Shown here in pieces: positions 45,676-59,084 of a stretch of DNA of 64,000 nucleotides. This DNA is from Octopus vulgaris. Taxonomy: Eukaryota. Made by a program: the position numbers and the translations under genes. Each line of letters starts with the position of its first letter. The first letter of the stretch is position 1. A model generated the notes under the pieces. That model searched no databases. It saw only the letters and a list, made by a program, of their open reading frames with translations, and was not told the origin of the DNA. The stretch lies in NCBI GenBank assembly GCA_951406725.2, contig OX597828.1, positions 61,752,001 through 61,816,000 on the forward strand. The letters are read 5' to 3'.

Positions 45676-46289
45676 TAACAACAACAACAATAATAAAGTG
45701 AAGATCAAATAAATATCGCGTATGTTTAATCGGCAAGAGATGACCATCTCCAAATATAACTCTTTCTCTTCGTTTTCTTTTTCTTGTGTTTGAAAGATTG
45801 GCAGTGTCGATGGCCTTTGGCGGATATCCCCTTCACCCGTAAGACTGATTCCGTTAAAGAATTACAAGTGACCTCCTGCATGGAAACATGAGTATGGTCG
45901 ACATTAAGAGAGGTGATGCGGTTAGTGCATTGCCTAAGACCAAGACAATTTTTGGTATGCTGTGGGACGGGATGGCCACAGTTGGAGCATCTTGGATTCC
46001 AAATTTGTTCGATCAGAACTGGTCTTCGGCTAAACAAAAACAATTTAAATAATAATTTAGAAAACTGTCGCAAATATTGCTATGGACTGAAAATTCTGTC
46101 TTTTCTCTGAATCCTTGATCTTCCTTTCTATTCTCAGATTTATTTAGCAACGTTAAAATGTATTCACAATCAAAAAACAAAAAAACTATTTTCCTCCACT
46201 GCCGGCTCTCTTTTTCTCTTTCTATTTTTTTATTCCTTTTCTTCTGCTCTTCAGTCGTTTGTTCGTCCTCTATGCCTTATTTTTCTTCA

Positions 46290-46320
<31 letters not shown>

Positions 46321-47125
46321 ACCTCTTCCTTCTTGATCTTCTTCATTGTTCTCTTCCCCTCCTCTCTTCCTCCATTTTCTTCCTCTCTCCTTCTTCATTG
46401 TTCGCCTTTCTACCTCCCCTCCTCTCCCCTCTTTCTTCTTTCTATCTGTTTATCTCCATCTCCCACTATCTCTATACTTCGCCACTGTTCTCAATACATC
46501 ATCGTCGTCCTACTGGCTTTCTCAAGCAGTGAGACTAGGAAGATAATCACCTTTTGACCCAACTGATATGTTGTTTGATTCTTTGATGGATAGTGTGGGT
46601 GTCTGGCTGGCTGGCTGGCTGCCTGGTTGGCCAGACAGTAATTTGATGGATATTATCTGCTGGTTTAGAAGATAATATCTCAGACACGTGTGCGCACGCA
46701 CACACACACGCACACATACACACTCGCACACAAAAACGTATTTCAGACATGTATACATAAACGCATATACAATTATAGATTTATTCATGTATGTCTACAT
46801 GTATGCTATGTATGGTTGTACATCATGTATACACAAAATATCATAGTCTTTCATACACACATATATTTGTACGTACGTATGTGTTTTTGCATGTGTGTGT
46901 GCGTATATAAACGTATATATACATATATATTCATATATGTATACATATATATACATTCATATACATATATACATATATATATGCATACACACATATATAT
47001 ATATACGCATGTATATATATTATATATATGTACATATACACATACATATATATACATATATATATATACACATATATACATACATACATACATATATATA
47101 CATATATATATATATATACACATAT

Positions 47126-47200
<75 letters not shown>

Positions 47201-47204
47201 CATA

Positions 47205-49780
47205 TAAACTGGCCCACAAATACTCTGAAGTTAGGCAAATGCTCTAAATCAGATAAAGCAGCAGCAGAATTACTCTTTAATCCAATGGATAAATTCTTCC
47301 TGACTCAGCTAGTGCTCGAACCAACAAGACAGAATAAAACGATCTTGGATCTAATATTAACCAACCACTCTAGCTCCGTTCACAGTATTTCAGTTGAAAA
47401 AACTCTCCTCTTAGACCACGACATGGTACTCTGAAATTTTAATTCCCGGCCTATCAAAACCAAACCAGCCAATCCTACTCCACGGCACTTGTTTGACAAC
47501 AAAAACTTCCACAAAGCGGATTGGGGAGCAGTCAGAAAGGATCTGTCCTTTATCGACTGGTCCTTCAATCTCAGTTCCACTCACATTGAGACAGCATGGC
47601 AGCACTTTGAGAACATTGTCATCTATACATGCTCAAAACACGCTCCTACGAAACCCACTAACACAAACAGAAACCGGCTCCCTAGAAAGAAGAAAACACT
47701 CATCAGGCGCATCAAAAAAGTCAAAAGAAAAATTAACCAAGTAAAATACTCCGACATACAACATCCACATTCAACAACAATGAAAAGGCTGGAGTTGGAA
47801 AAACTTCATCTGCAGACCGACATAAAAACCTCCATTGAAAATCAAAGAGCTGTGGAGGAACAGTGGGTAATCAAAAAAGTTAAACAGAATCCAAAAGTGT
47901 TCTATTCTTATGCAAATAAGCATAGAACCGCTGTCTCACCCATTGGACCTTTGATCGATGATAACAGCATTCTCCAACACGATGCTAAAGAAATGGTAGA
48001 AGTACTGCAGAAACAATACTGCTCTGTCTTTAGTGATCCCACTGATATTGACGTAAGAGAAGCGAACGAAGTTGATTCCCAACATAAAATCTCGGGCATA
48101 ACCTTCACTGCCTCAGACATCATAGTAGCAATAAATAAGGTCAAATACTATTCTGCTGTAGGCCCTGATAGATTTCCCGCTAGTCTCCTGAAGGAATGTA
48201 GACACCAACTTGCAGTCGCTCTGACCAACCTCTGGAGAAATTCTTTAGACTCAGGTTATATACCGAAACAGCTCCTATCCCAGTCTGTTATCCCGGTTTT
48301 CAAACAGGGAAACAGTTCCCTCGCAGTCAACTATCGTCCAATCTCACTCACCTCCCACATCATTAAAGTGTTTGAAAGAGTGGTAAGATCAAGGATAGCT
48401 GACTTCCTGGAGATCCACAAACTCCTAAATGCAAATCAGCATGGCTTTCGCTGTGGCAGGGACTGTCTAACACAGCTCTTACACCACATTGAGGACATAC
48501 TTAAAGCCTTGGGAACAGGTTCAAACTCTGATGTCATATATCTTGACTTCAATAAAACGTTCGACAGGGTTGACCATAATATCTTACTCTCAAAATTGGC
48601 AAATATTGGAATCCGTGGAAAACTTCTACACTGGATTGAGTATTTCCTGGCGGGTGGAACACATGTTGTAGTCGATGGAGTCAACTCAAACCCAGTAAAA
48701 GTCACCAGTGGTGTCCTTCAGGAGACTGTCTTGGGCTCGCTCCTCTTTATAAAATACATAAACGACCTTTCCGGTGTCGTAAATCACTGCAAAGTGAAAA
48801 TATTTGCCGATGGCACTAAGCTCCAGCAAATCATCAATGAAGAAGAAGACCGAACTCAACTCCAGTTTGATCTATATGCGGTGAGTCAATGAGCAGACAA
48901 AAACAAAATGCAACTAAACAAAGCAATAGTTGAGCTGATACATTTTGGAAGAAAGTCTTATATTAAATCAGCCATACTCTCTTCCTTCAGGGGAACCGCT
49001 CACAGCATCTAATTATATCAGAGACCTAGGTGTAATTGTTGATAACAATCTCAGTTGGAGTGCCCACATCACAATAAGGTCGATATAGCTCGTAGGATGA
49101 GTTCCTGGATCTTAAGAACTTTCCGGTCCAGAGAACAAGGTGTCATCATACCACTTTTCTCCTCCTTTTTACAGCCACACCTCGAATACTGCTGCCCCCT
49201 GTGGTCTCCCCATACAAAAAGAAAAATCTCGAAAATTGAGTCATCCCAGAGGGCACTCACTAAACGAATTAAGGGCATGACTGATCTCGATTACTGGGAT
49301 CGCCTTAAAGCCTTGAAACTCTACTCTCTCCAGCCCCGCCGCGAGTGGTACATCATTTGCACGATATGGAGAATATACTGCCAGCATTGCCCAAACGACC
49401 TGAACATTAGCTTCAAGTTTCATCCAAGGCTAGGACTACGGATCATATGTCCCCTGCCAATTCAGGATCACAACATACAGGAACACTGCAGCACTATTTC
49501 TTTTCCTCAACAGGCCCTGTCCTGTTTAACATTGTCCCAAAACTGATCAAAGACGAAAAGGATTACATCACCTTTAACGGAGTCTGGACAAATTTCTTCA
49601 AGGAATACCAGATAATCCACCTTTACCTGGATGCAACTCACTCAACAAGAACTCACTACTTGAATGGACCATAATACCACAAAACTTGACTTGAAAAGGA
49701 TTTAGATAATCCTACCAGGTGGTGCTATTAAGTTAGACATGGCTTGGACCAATCTTTGGTCGAAACGTATCTAAGTTTTA
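47205..49780 (+). mobile_element. CR1/L2-group LINE ORF2 (APE C-terminus + RT), 5'-truncated and decayed
   Basis: [21 protein letters not shown] (APE end); NYRPISLTSHIIKVFERVV, QHGFR, YLDFNKTFDRVDH, SGVLQETVLGSLLF, IFADG (degenerate YADD); HLEYCCPLWSP; in-frame stops. Confidence 0.92.
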
Positions 49781-49781
49781 T

Positions 49782-49855
<74 letters not shown>

Positions 49856-50260
49856 CCCTATTTCGCCTTTACTTTCTCTCGTTGCTCACACGAGACCATC
49901 GTTCATTTTTCTTTTCCTCGTGTTATCATCGTTCTTTTCTCCCGTGTTTGTTTTCGTATGGTTTGTTGTATGTCTCCACTGTCCTGGTTTTGTTACCAAC
50001 TTTGACCCTCTGCAAATCCCAAATTTTAGTTTGGTTCGCGGAAGCAGCTGCCTTTCGGAGTCCCGTATTGTCATTCAATGCTCGAAATGAGGAGTAGATA
50101 GACAGCCGACAACTGATGAAGGATTGTTCTTTATATTACGTGTCTTGTTTTCCATTTGTTTTTCTCGTTGTTCACAAACCCAAATTTGTCTTCGTATTTA
50201 CTGTTGTTTACGTTTTGTAATGTTGTTTTTGTTTACGTTATGCATATATATAAGTATATA

Positions 50261-50303
<43 letters not shown>

Positions 50304-50497
50304 TATATTATTATTATAAACATATATATATACACACATATATATATATATATAAACATATATATACATATATATACACATATATGTACATATATATACT
50401 TATATATATATACATATATATACATATATATACTTATATATATATACATATATATACATATACATATATATACATATATATACTTATATATATATAC

Positions 50498-50588
<91 letters not shown>

Positions 50589-50611
50589 TATATATATATA
50601 TACACACACAC

Positions 50612-50643
<32 letters not shown>

Positions 50644-50645
50644 GT

Positions 50646-51453
50646 GTAGAGAATAAAATGCACTACGCCGCTATCTATCTATCTATCTCTCTCTATATAT
50701 ATATAGTACAAAATGGGACAAGAACGCAAAACATCCGGACAGCTAGGTGATCAAAAAAGGGACAACAAAACATCCAGACAGACGATACAAAGAAAACGAG
50801 GACGGGTCATTCGAAGCTTTCTTTCTTCAGTCAAGCACCAGATTATCCTCGCAATTTCGGCTGGTTATTCTTGAGATTGCTCCAATCTGGCCAGTCCCAA
50901 GGAAAAACTAAGCTATGAGCATTAGATTTCTTGGAAGAAAGCAGCGAATGTATACAAAAACAAGGACGGAAAAAGCACAAATATAATTACAATAAAAAAT
51001 ACAATAAAAATAATAACAGGACAAAACAACAGGTGTCTTTCGACTAAGGATGAATTGAATTAAGCTGGTGCGTGTGGAAATGAAGCCTTACGGCAGAGAT
51101 GGAAGGGTTTTACAAACACAGGGAAGAATATCGATGTTGTACGGACAACTGTCAGACCAAGAAAGAAAGAACAGGCGTGACCGATCGGTCACGTGGAAAA
51201 AGAAGAGAGAGAATTAGAAGCAGAGGGACAGAACAATTAAGGCGGGGCGAGAAAAAATGACAGCGATACAGTGAAGTGAAAAGTGGAGGGAAAGTGAGTA
51301 AGAAGAGAAGGCAAAGAAATGTGAGAGAGGGGGAAAGAAAGAACGAAGCGTGGAATAAACGAATAAGCGTGAAACGGCTGATAGAAACAGAGTCGTACAA
51401 TTTTTTGAAAAATGTGTACCTACATATAAGAGAACAAAGTGTACGTACGCCGC

Positions 51454-51489
<36 letters not shown>

Positions 51490-51520
51490 ATACAAAATGG
51501 GACAAGAATGCAAAACATCC
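50646..51520. mobile_element. Non-coding unit with ~90-bp terminal direct redundancy, embedded in (TA)n
   Basis: AGAGAA.AAA.TG.AC.TACGCCGCTA-[microsatellite]-TACAAAATGGGACAAGAA(C/T)GCAAAACATCC occurs at 50646-50736 and 51428-51520. Confidence 0.7.
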
Positions 51521-51532
51521 ATATATATATAC

Positions 51533-51625
<93 letters not shown>

Positions 51626-51649
51626 CATACATATATATATATATATGCG

Positions 51650-51938
51650 CCCTTTTCAAGCCTAACTAGGCTCATGGGCCGAGTTTCTGTGGCGTATGTG
51701 TCCCCCCAGCTGGACGGGACGCCAGTCCATCGCAGCGTTACTCAAGAAACAGGAAGAAAGAGTGAGAGAAAGTTGGGGAGAAAGAGTACAACAGGGGTCG
51801 CCACCACCACCCTGCCGGAGCCTCATGGAGCTTTAGTTGTTTTCACTCAATAAGCACACACAACGCCCGGTCTGGGAATCGAAACCGCGATTCTCCGATC
51901 GCGAGTCCGCTGCCCTAACCACTGGGCCATTGCACCTC
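51650..51938 (-). mobile_element. tRNA-derived SINE
   Basis: Minus head GGAGGTGCAATGGCCCAGTGGTTAGGGCAGCGGACTCGCGATC...GGTTTCGATTCCC (A- and B-box). Confidence 0.8.
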
Positions 51939-51954
51939 CATACACACAAATATA

Positions 51955-51998
<44 letters not shown>

Positions 51999-52098
51999 CA
52001 TACATACATATATATACATATATATACAGACATATACATACATATATATATATATACATACATACATACATACATACATACATGCATACATACATACA

Positions 52099-52163
<65 letters not shown>

Positions 52164-52219
52164 AATAATTGAGAATCAGTTGAATTAGGTACTTTAGTTG
52201 AAGCACTGCGTCAGTCCGG

Positions 52220-52266
52220 TATTCACATTCGAGTTGTGCGGATTCCGCACAACTCGAAGGTGAATA
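52220..52266. repeat. Near-perfect palindrome
   Basis: TATTCAC-A-TTCGAGTTGTGCGGA-T-TCCGCACAACTCGAA-G-GTGAATA. Confidence 0.92.
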
Positions 52267-52299
52267 ACATCAAAATAAGCAACAGGATATCAAGACGTG

Positions 52300-52387
52300 A
52301 TGCAGTACGACCGTTTCAAGCGACTCCATTTAATTGAACGATGCAATCATTATATCAATTTAAATAGAGGGCTATCATCAGCTGCAC
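52300..52387 (-). ncRNA. Hammerhead ribozyme-like motif with long stem II; diverged inverted copy at 52812-52902 (+)
   Basis: Minus strand GUGCAG-CUGAUGA-UAGC...GCUU-GAAA-CGGUCG-U-A-CUGCAU. The plus copy reads GUGCAU-CUGAUUG...GCUU-GAAA-UGGCCG-UA-CUGCAU. Both lie within inverted repeats 52268-52393 / 52807-52933. Confidence 0.6.
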
Positions 52388-53529
52388 AAATAAATAAATT
52401 GAATTTTAATCAGTCGGACATATTAACATGATTTTACTCAAATACTTTAAGAGAGCACGAAGATGGAAGAAATCCATGTTGTCGCTATGGTAGCTAAGAA
52501 TAGACTACACTTCCAAGAAATGCATGAAGATTACTGGGGTCATAGCTTGTAAAGGATTATGGTTCATTTTTTATTTATCAGTCGTTTTATCAACAACTAA
52601 ATTTAAAACAAGAGGACTGTGTCTGTTTAGAATGAAGGGCAAGTGTGAGTTGACAGCTCATGGCGAGGTATGGTCATAAATATTGTCAAGATTTTAGGAG
52701 TAGAAAATTGGGTATAAAGTATCTGTCTATAAAGGAGGCTGGGTAGGGGAAGACCCCAAATCATGATGTTAATTATTAGTCAAAGGGGTAAGACGCTAAT
52801 AAGACCTATTCGTGCATCTGATTGTAACCCTGCATTTAAATTGATGTAATGATTGCATCACTGTTCAATGAAATGGAGCCGCTTGAAATGGCCGTACTGC
52901 ATCAGTCCTTGATATCCTCCTGCTTATTTTGATATGTGTGTGTGTGCGCGCGCGCGCGCAGGTATGGCTGTGTGATAAGAAGCTTGCTTCCTAACTACTT
53001 GGTTCCAGGCTCAATCTCACTACGTGGCATCTTGGCAAGTGTCTTCTATTATAGCTTCGGGCCGACCACAGGCCTGTGATTGGATTTGGTAAGCGGAATC
53101 TGAAAAAGCCCATCATCTTTTATTCTCTTTTCTTTTGCTCGCCGAAGCGACTGGTCGTATTTTCTCACGTCTTCCACTTTTAACACATTTCTCCGCCTCT
53201 CTGTTCTTTCTGTCTCTTATCCATTAGGATATTCCTCTTGGTGTTAACCATATTTCCGTCTCCTGTCTGACCCTAATGTCCTATTCTGTTTATTTCATTT
53301 TGTTCCTATGTCCATATTTCGTCTTGTTTGTTTCCGTCTTTGTCCCTCATCCGTCCACATATGATTTCGTCTTTTATCACATTTATTTCATGTTTGTATT
53401 TTCACTTTCTGTATTGTATATTTGTTTAATTCTTGTTTGCTCGGTTTCTGTCATGCTTGGCCCTTTGTTTCTTGACTCTCCATTTTCCGGAGGCTTCTTG
53501 CTGCTAGCTCCACCAAATGAGATCAAGGA

Positions 53530-53705
53530 GGGCGGCGAGCTGGCAGAATCGTCAGCACACCAGGCGAAATGCTTAGCGGTATTTCGTCTGCCGTTACATT
53601 CTGAGTTCAAATACCGCCGAGGTCGACTTTACCTTTCAACCTTTCGGGGTCGATAAATTAAGTACCAGTTGCGTACTGGGGTCGATCTAATCGGCCGGCC
53701 CCCTT
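53530..53705 (+). mobile_element. tRNA-derived SINE, well-preserved copy
   Basis: GGCGGCGAGCTGGCAGAATCG...TTCTGAGTTCAAATACCGCCGAGGTCGAC...GGGGTCGATAAATTAAGTACCAG. Confidence 0.85.
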
Positions 53706-53849
53706 TGCTTATAAGGTATAAATAAAGTTAAGAAAATTTGTATAGATGCACGTATACATATACACACATACATATATGTATCCGTACGTCCATATATATA
53801 CACAGAGACACACGCATATACTCACACATATACATACATCCAGTATTTC

Positions 53850-54072
53850 CTTGGATGAAACCGTCCCTTCATGAGGTTAACACAACCTTTAATCGTATCT
53901 AGCCACTACACATTCTTTATTTTCTCTCCCTGTTTCTTTCTGTGTTCCTTTCTGTGGAAGAGCGTAGATTCGAAACGTTAAAGACTTTTTCACTTCCCGA
54001 GCGTTAAACTATTACATCTGTTTGTTGTCTACGCCACCTGTCTTCGTCTTTTTCCTTTTGTGAATTCTACCC
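53850..54072 (+). mobile_element. Penelope-like 3' end/pLTR with degenerate hammerhead at 53948-53983
   Basis: CUUU-CUGUGGA-A-GAGC-GUAG-AUUC-GAAA-CG-U-U-AAAG (A6U, stem II mismatch). Homologous to 15535-15668. Confidence 0.55.
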
Positions 54073-54249
54073 TTATGTATGTATGTGTGTATGTATGTAT
54101 GTATGTATGTATGTATGTATGTATGTATGTATGTATGTATGTATGTATGTATGTATGTATGTATGTATGTATGTATGTATGTATGTATGCATGTATGCAT
54201 GTACGTATGCATGTATGTATGTATATTTATATATATATTCATATATCCA

Positions 54250-54308
<59 letters not shown>

Positions 54309-55019
54309 CGATGATGATGATGACGACAATGATGAGCAACAAAAACCACTTTACCACCTCCACCACCTTTTATAATCCTAATCCAATCCTTTGATTCAGA
54401 TGTTGTAAAGCACAAACAGATGACATGATAGTTTATATGTAGGTAGGAATTCAGCAGCGATTTGGTTTCAGAGTGTCATAGGCTGTATAACCGAGCCAGC
54501 TGTAACTTTAGATTATGACCCGGTTAATCTTTTGACCCACAACTAACTCCTTATTCAAGCAATTGTACAAGTGGCATTTTTATATCTATACAGTTTTACC
54601 ACATAATCAGTAGACTTAAGCAGAAACGCTTGTGATAACACGTTTTTGTGTCTTACTCTAACAATTACTGTCTTGCATTCTAACAATTTGTCTACCTGAT
54701 ACTATGATTCTCTCACATATTGCCAGAAAATTCTGACTACAATTTTTTAATGTGACTTCGCTGTGAAATGGGTTGAAACGGAAAAGAAATAATCAATTGA
54801 AAGAGGATTGAGATGTACGTACGTTATAACACAAATTAAGCATGTCTGTCATTTTATTTTAAAAATCCACTTCTCTTCCGCCTGTCTCACTTTATTCCCT
54901 CGGCTTCTGATATATGCATGTGTTATCTTTCTCTTTTTTATTTAGAATAAATTTTGACCGACCTCCTGCTTGGTGGCAAGGTTGTGAAGGAAAGTATCTT
55001 GTTTTGTTCATTATCCTTT

Positions 55020-55380
55020 AAATCTTAAGAGGGTTTTGCAGGTTTTTATAGTATCAGATATCGTGATCGTTTGTAGCGTACGAATTAAGGATATGCGTTC
55101 TCCCCAAGTTCAGCATACTTTGCTCCAGGAAGGATAGTATGTATCTTGTTATTCCAATAATAATAGACACAAATCTGTAAGGATATCTTGGGTACAGGAT
55201 TTGCAAACTCCTGATCAATGGTCCATAGATGTCCTCTTTCTCTTGTACTTTTCCATCTACATTGGTGTCCAGAGGGCAGCTGGTTTCCATAACAGAACAT
55301 ATATTTGTGGTCTCACGCAACAATATCTGGCCCAAGGAGCATTGGTAAAATGAGTAATGTTGATAAAGACAGCGTTCCAC
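55020..55380 (-). mobile_element. RLE-type LINE 3' remnant
   Basis: CSVMETSCPLDTNVDGKVQEKEDIYGPLIRSLQILYPRYPYRFVSIIIG. Confidence 0.6.
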
Positions 55381-55474
55381 TATATATACCGTCTATATAT
55401 TTTGGGTATAATAAAATTGTCTCCCTGTACAGATATATCTAGAACGCTTTAAAGAAACAAGGCTAGATATCAAT

Positions 55475-55558
<84 letters not shown>

Positions 55559-55599
55559 CAGTTAAAGAGTAAATTTTTTCTATCTTCTGTGATTTTTGA

Positions 55600-55980
55600 A
55601 ACTGCTAACTTTTTGAGGTTATAATCTTTATATGAAAAATTTCAATAACGCTTCCTCCACAATATTGTTATCATGCCGGGGTTTCAAAACAGTTATTTGA
55701 TATGCCTGTGTAATATACTGCAAACTTTGCTAGAGGAGATATCTCCTGAAAGATGATGCAGACTGAAGAAAGATGAGGTTTGCTATGATTTTCTCTGTCT
55801 CTTCTCCAGCTAAACCTCAGCTACTGCTGAAGTATGTCTTCCACATAACAGAAAAGATACTTTATCATGCACAACAAGACTAAAGAAACCACATGTAGAC
55901 TTCATGTTGACTTCACCTCTGCCATGTACAATCAAACACTGATCCTCATTGAATCTTGAATCGCGTGGATTGCTAACGCA
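55600..55980 (+). mobile_element. Helitron RepHel coding remnant
   Basis: RFAMIFSVSSPAKPQLL and LHVDFTSAMYNQTLILIE..IAN resemble the Rep-helicase linker of Helitrons. Confidence 0.5.
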
Positions 55981-56149
55981 TGTACGAACTGCAGCTGCAA
56001 CCTTCATTCGAGCGATTCTTTAGGCAACCAACTACGACATTTAACAAAGTATGACCACAAAAAGGCTTACATAAAATACAAAGATCAGACACTTGGTAAC
56101 GTCTAACTCGGGAGGAATAGCTTTCTTTGATGTTTCTAGTTCAACAAGT

Positions 56150-56447
56150 AACGGTAAGACATTTGATGATTTGGTAAAAGTTCCTTCGGTCAAGCAGATT
56201 TGGTGTAGATAAATGTGTGAAAGCTACCTTCAAATGCGGCAAACTTGACCAGCTCCTGCAATATAGAACCTGATGTCAACACTGTCAAGGAATTAGAGCA
56301 TGAAGGTATCTTGGTACCATTGAAGGTGACGGGAAACGAAACCCCTCAATGAAGGAAAAAATTAGAAAAGAATATTACGGAAAAGTCAGAATAATGCTAA
56401 GATCTGAACTGAATGTTTCTAACAGATTTGAAGCAATTAACACACCA
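56150..56447 (+). mobile_element. R4/Dong RT fragment followed by a (GACG)(GACA)(GATA)n tract (56448-56658)
   Basis: [32 protein letters not shown], homologous to 6078-6180. Confidence 0.7.
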
Positions 56448-56470
56448 GCAGACGGACGGACGGACGGACG

Positions 56471-56564
<94 letters not shown>

Positions 56565-56585
56565 TAGACAGATAGACAGATAGAC

Positions 56586-56659
<74 letters not shown>

Positions 56660-57123
56660 GCAACACTTGTTTTTGCAATTTCCATATTTTCATCCTCCTT
56701 ATATATCGTCGAAAAGGAAAAGTAATCCAGCCTTTTCTCTGTGACGATATGAGAACGGTTTCATTGTCTTTCACTATTATACTGGATCCACTCCCTTCCT
56801 TCACTCAATCTTATCTCTGTAACTCTCTCTCCCCTCTTTCTCTTTTCCCCTCCCTCCCCTCTACCTCATCTATATCTCCTTGCCTCTCACCCATCTTCCT
56901 GTGTTTAATACATTATATTTGTCTTATCTGTCAGCGCTATGAATCTTCTCTGTCTCACTCTATGTCTGTCCGTCGTCTTTGCCGCTTTGCCTCTCACTTC
57001 AACTATACTTCCTCTGCTTAATAAGTATTATTTTTCTCATTTTACCTTTTCCTGTCAAGTAAATGTGACACACACCACAGGTACGTACGTAGGTATTAGC
57101 ATATTAGCATATTAATATTTAGG

Positions 57124-57170
<47 letters not shown>

Positions 57171-57775
57171 CAGCCAATGTACACCACTAGCCCAGAAGGA
57201 ATATAAGAGACGTCATGACAATATAGCCAGGCTTGTCCATTGGACACTTTGCAACAAGTATGGACTTGACAGACCACAAACCTGAAGGCATTGTCGAAAA
57301 TAGAAATACAAAGATCCTATGGGATTTTATGATTCAGTGTGACCATGAGATTGAGTAGAGGAAGCCGGACATAGTCTTAATTGAGAAAGAAAACAAACTA
57401 TGCAGGATCATAGATATAGCATTCCCAGCTGACAACAAGGTATGCGATAAGGAAGAAATAATAGTGGAGAGATATGACAGGTTAGCTTGGCAAGTTAAGC
57501 AGTTGTGGTCGATGAAAAAAGTAGCAGTAGTACCAATAATTGTCAGAGCCTTGGGAACGGTAAACAAAAATCTCGAGAGGGGCTGCAATAAGGGTGGAGT
57601 ACTTGCAGAAATAGGGGCTGCAATAAGGGTGGAGTACTTGCAGAAAACAGCACTGCTTGGAACTGCTCGAATACTCCGGAAGGTGCTCGAAAAATAAGAG
57701 GTGTTACCTTAGTTCACTGGTAGTGAATAGCTGACAATGTAGTACACCTCCAGCGTTAGAAGCTGTGCAAAGGCA
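57171..57775 (+). mobile_element. 5'-truncated R4/Dong-type LINE between AAT tracts
   Basis: EYKRRHDNIARLVHW, ILWDFMIQCD, KPDIVLIE..IIDIAFP, PIIVRALG, LQKTALLGTARILRKVLEK. Confidence 0.88.
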
Positions 57776-57810
57776 ATAATAATAACAACAACAACAACAA
57801 CAACAACAAG

Positions 57811-58569
57811 AATACCTGAAAAACTCTGATGACTGGATGTTAAAACTTGTCTTAAAGGACGAAAACTGAATTGGCAAAGCTAGACAGAAGAACTAGGAAA
57901 GAATTCAATATGAATGGAGGACTCCACACAAGGGCAGGAGAAACAAAATTACACCTACCTAGAAAGGAAGATGGAAGAGGGTTAATATCAGTGGAAGACA
58001 ACGTGGAGTTAGCTAGAGTAGATATAGACTCCGATGTAGATAATAGTGAAAAAAGTATATTAAAAGCTGCTAGAGCCACAGTAAGACATAGGGAAACCAA
58101 AACACCAAACGAAGTTAAAAACCAGAAAAAAGAAGAGAAATTATTTGACTGGCAGGAGAAGGCCTTTTAATGATAGTTTCACAAATAGTAGTAGTGAGAC
58201 ATGGTTATGGCTGCAAGAGAGAAAGCTGAAGAGGGAAACAAAATGTTTTTTTAATAGCTGCATAAGGTCAAGCGTTATGGACTAATTGGATAAAAGCCAA
58301 AATAGACAAAACCAATGTAGATTATGCAAATTAAAAGAGGGAAGCGTTACTCATATTGTAAGTGAATGTAGCATGTTGGCACAGAAAGAATGCAAGAAAA
58401 GAGATGACAGTCTAGGGAGAGCAATCCACTGGGAACTTTTTAGATAGCTAGGTTTTGAGCATGAACCTAGTAAACTACTAGAAAGTAAGAAATACAAGAT
58501 GTTGAAAGTCTTTAACATTCAGACTGACAGAGTAATAGAAGCTAGAAGGCCTGATTGGTGGTGGTGGTT

Positions 58570-58642
<73 letters not shown>

Positions 58643-58965
58643 AGAATAGAAAGTGCCAGATAATTGACTTTAAAGTTACAAATGGTGAAAAATTAATATG
58701 AGAAGTATAGAAAAAAATAACAAAGTACCAGGACCTAGCTACTGAATTACAGATACTTTGGCAAGTGCGGGTAAAATATATCCTGGGAAATATTCCTAAA
58801 GATTTGAACAGATGGATAGAGGAAGTTTAATACAGTTTGGTATAGCTGCAGAAAAAAGTGTTATTAGCGACAGCTAGGATACTTGGGAGGGTTCTTGGCA
58901 TCTAAGGCTATTTGTAACCCGAAGTTAGGATCCTTTTCTTTTCCATCAGTCTAATCTGTTGAGTG

Positions 58966-58968
<3 letters not shown>
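57811..58968 (+). mobile_element. Degenerate R4/Dong-type LINE 3' half, followed by AAT/AAC/GAT
   Basis: LDRRTRK..LHLPRKEDGRGLISVED, CRLCKLKE..HIVSEC, RRPD(V)n, KYQDLA, LLATARILGRVL. Confidence 0.85.
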
Positions 58969-59012
<44 letters not shown>

Positions 59013-59013
59013 C

Positions 59014-59045
<32 letters not shown>

Positions 59046-59084
59046 TAATGACAACAACAATAACAACGATGATGATGATAATGA

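Noticed and set aside
49730-49778. TTAGA...GACCA-ATCTT-TGGTC-GAAA-CG-TA-TCTAA as a hammerhead
   Set aside because: There is no CUGANGA-like core. It is better explained as the 3' terminal hairpin of the CR1-type LINE.
50795-50840. Minus-strand CUGAAGA-A-AGAAAGCUUC-GAAU motif
   Set aside because: It has GAAU instead of GAAA, and stems I and III cannot form.
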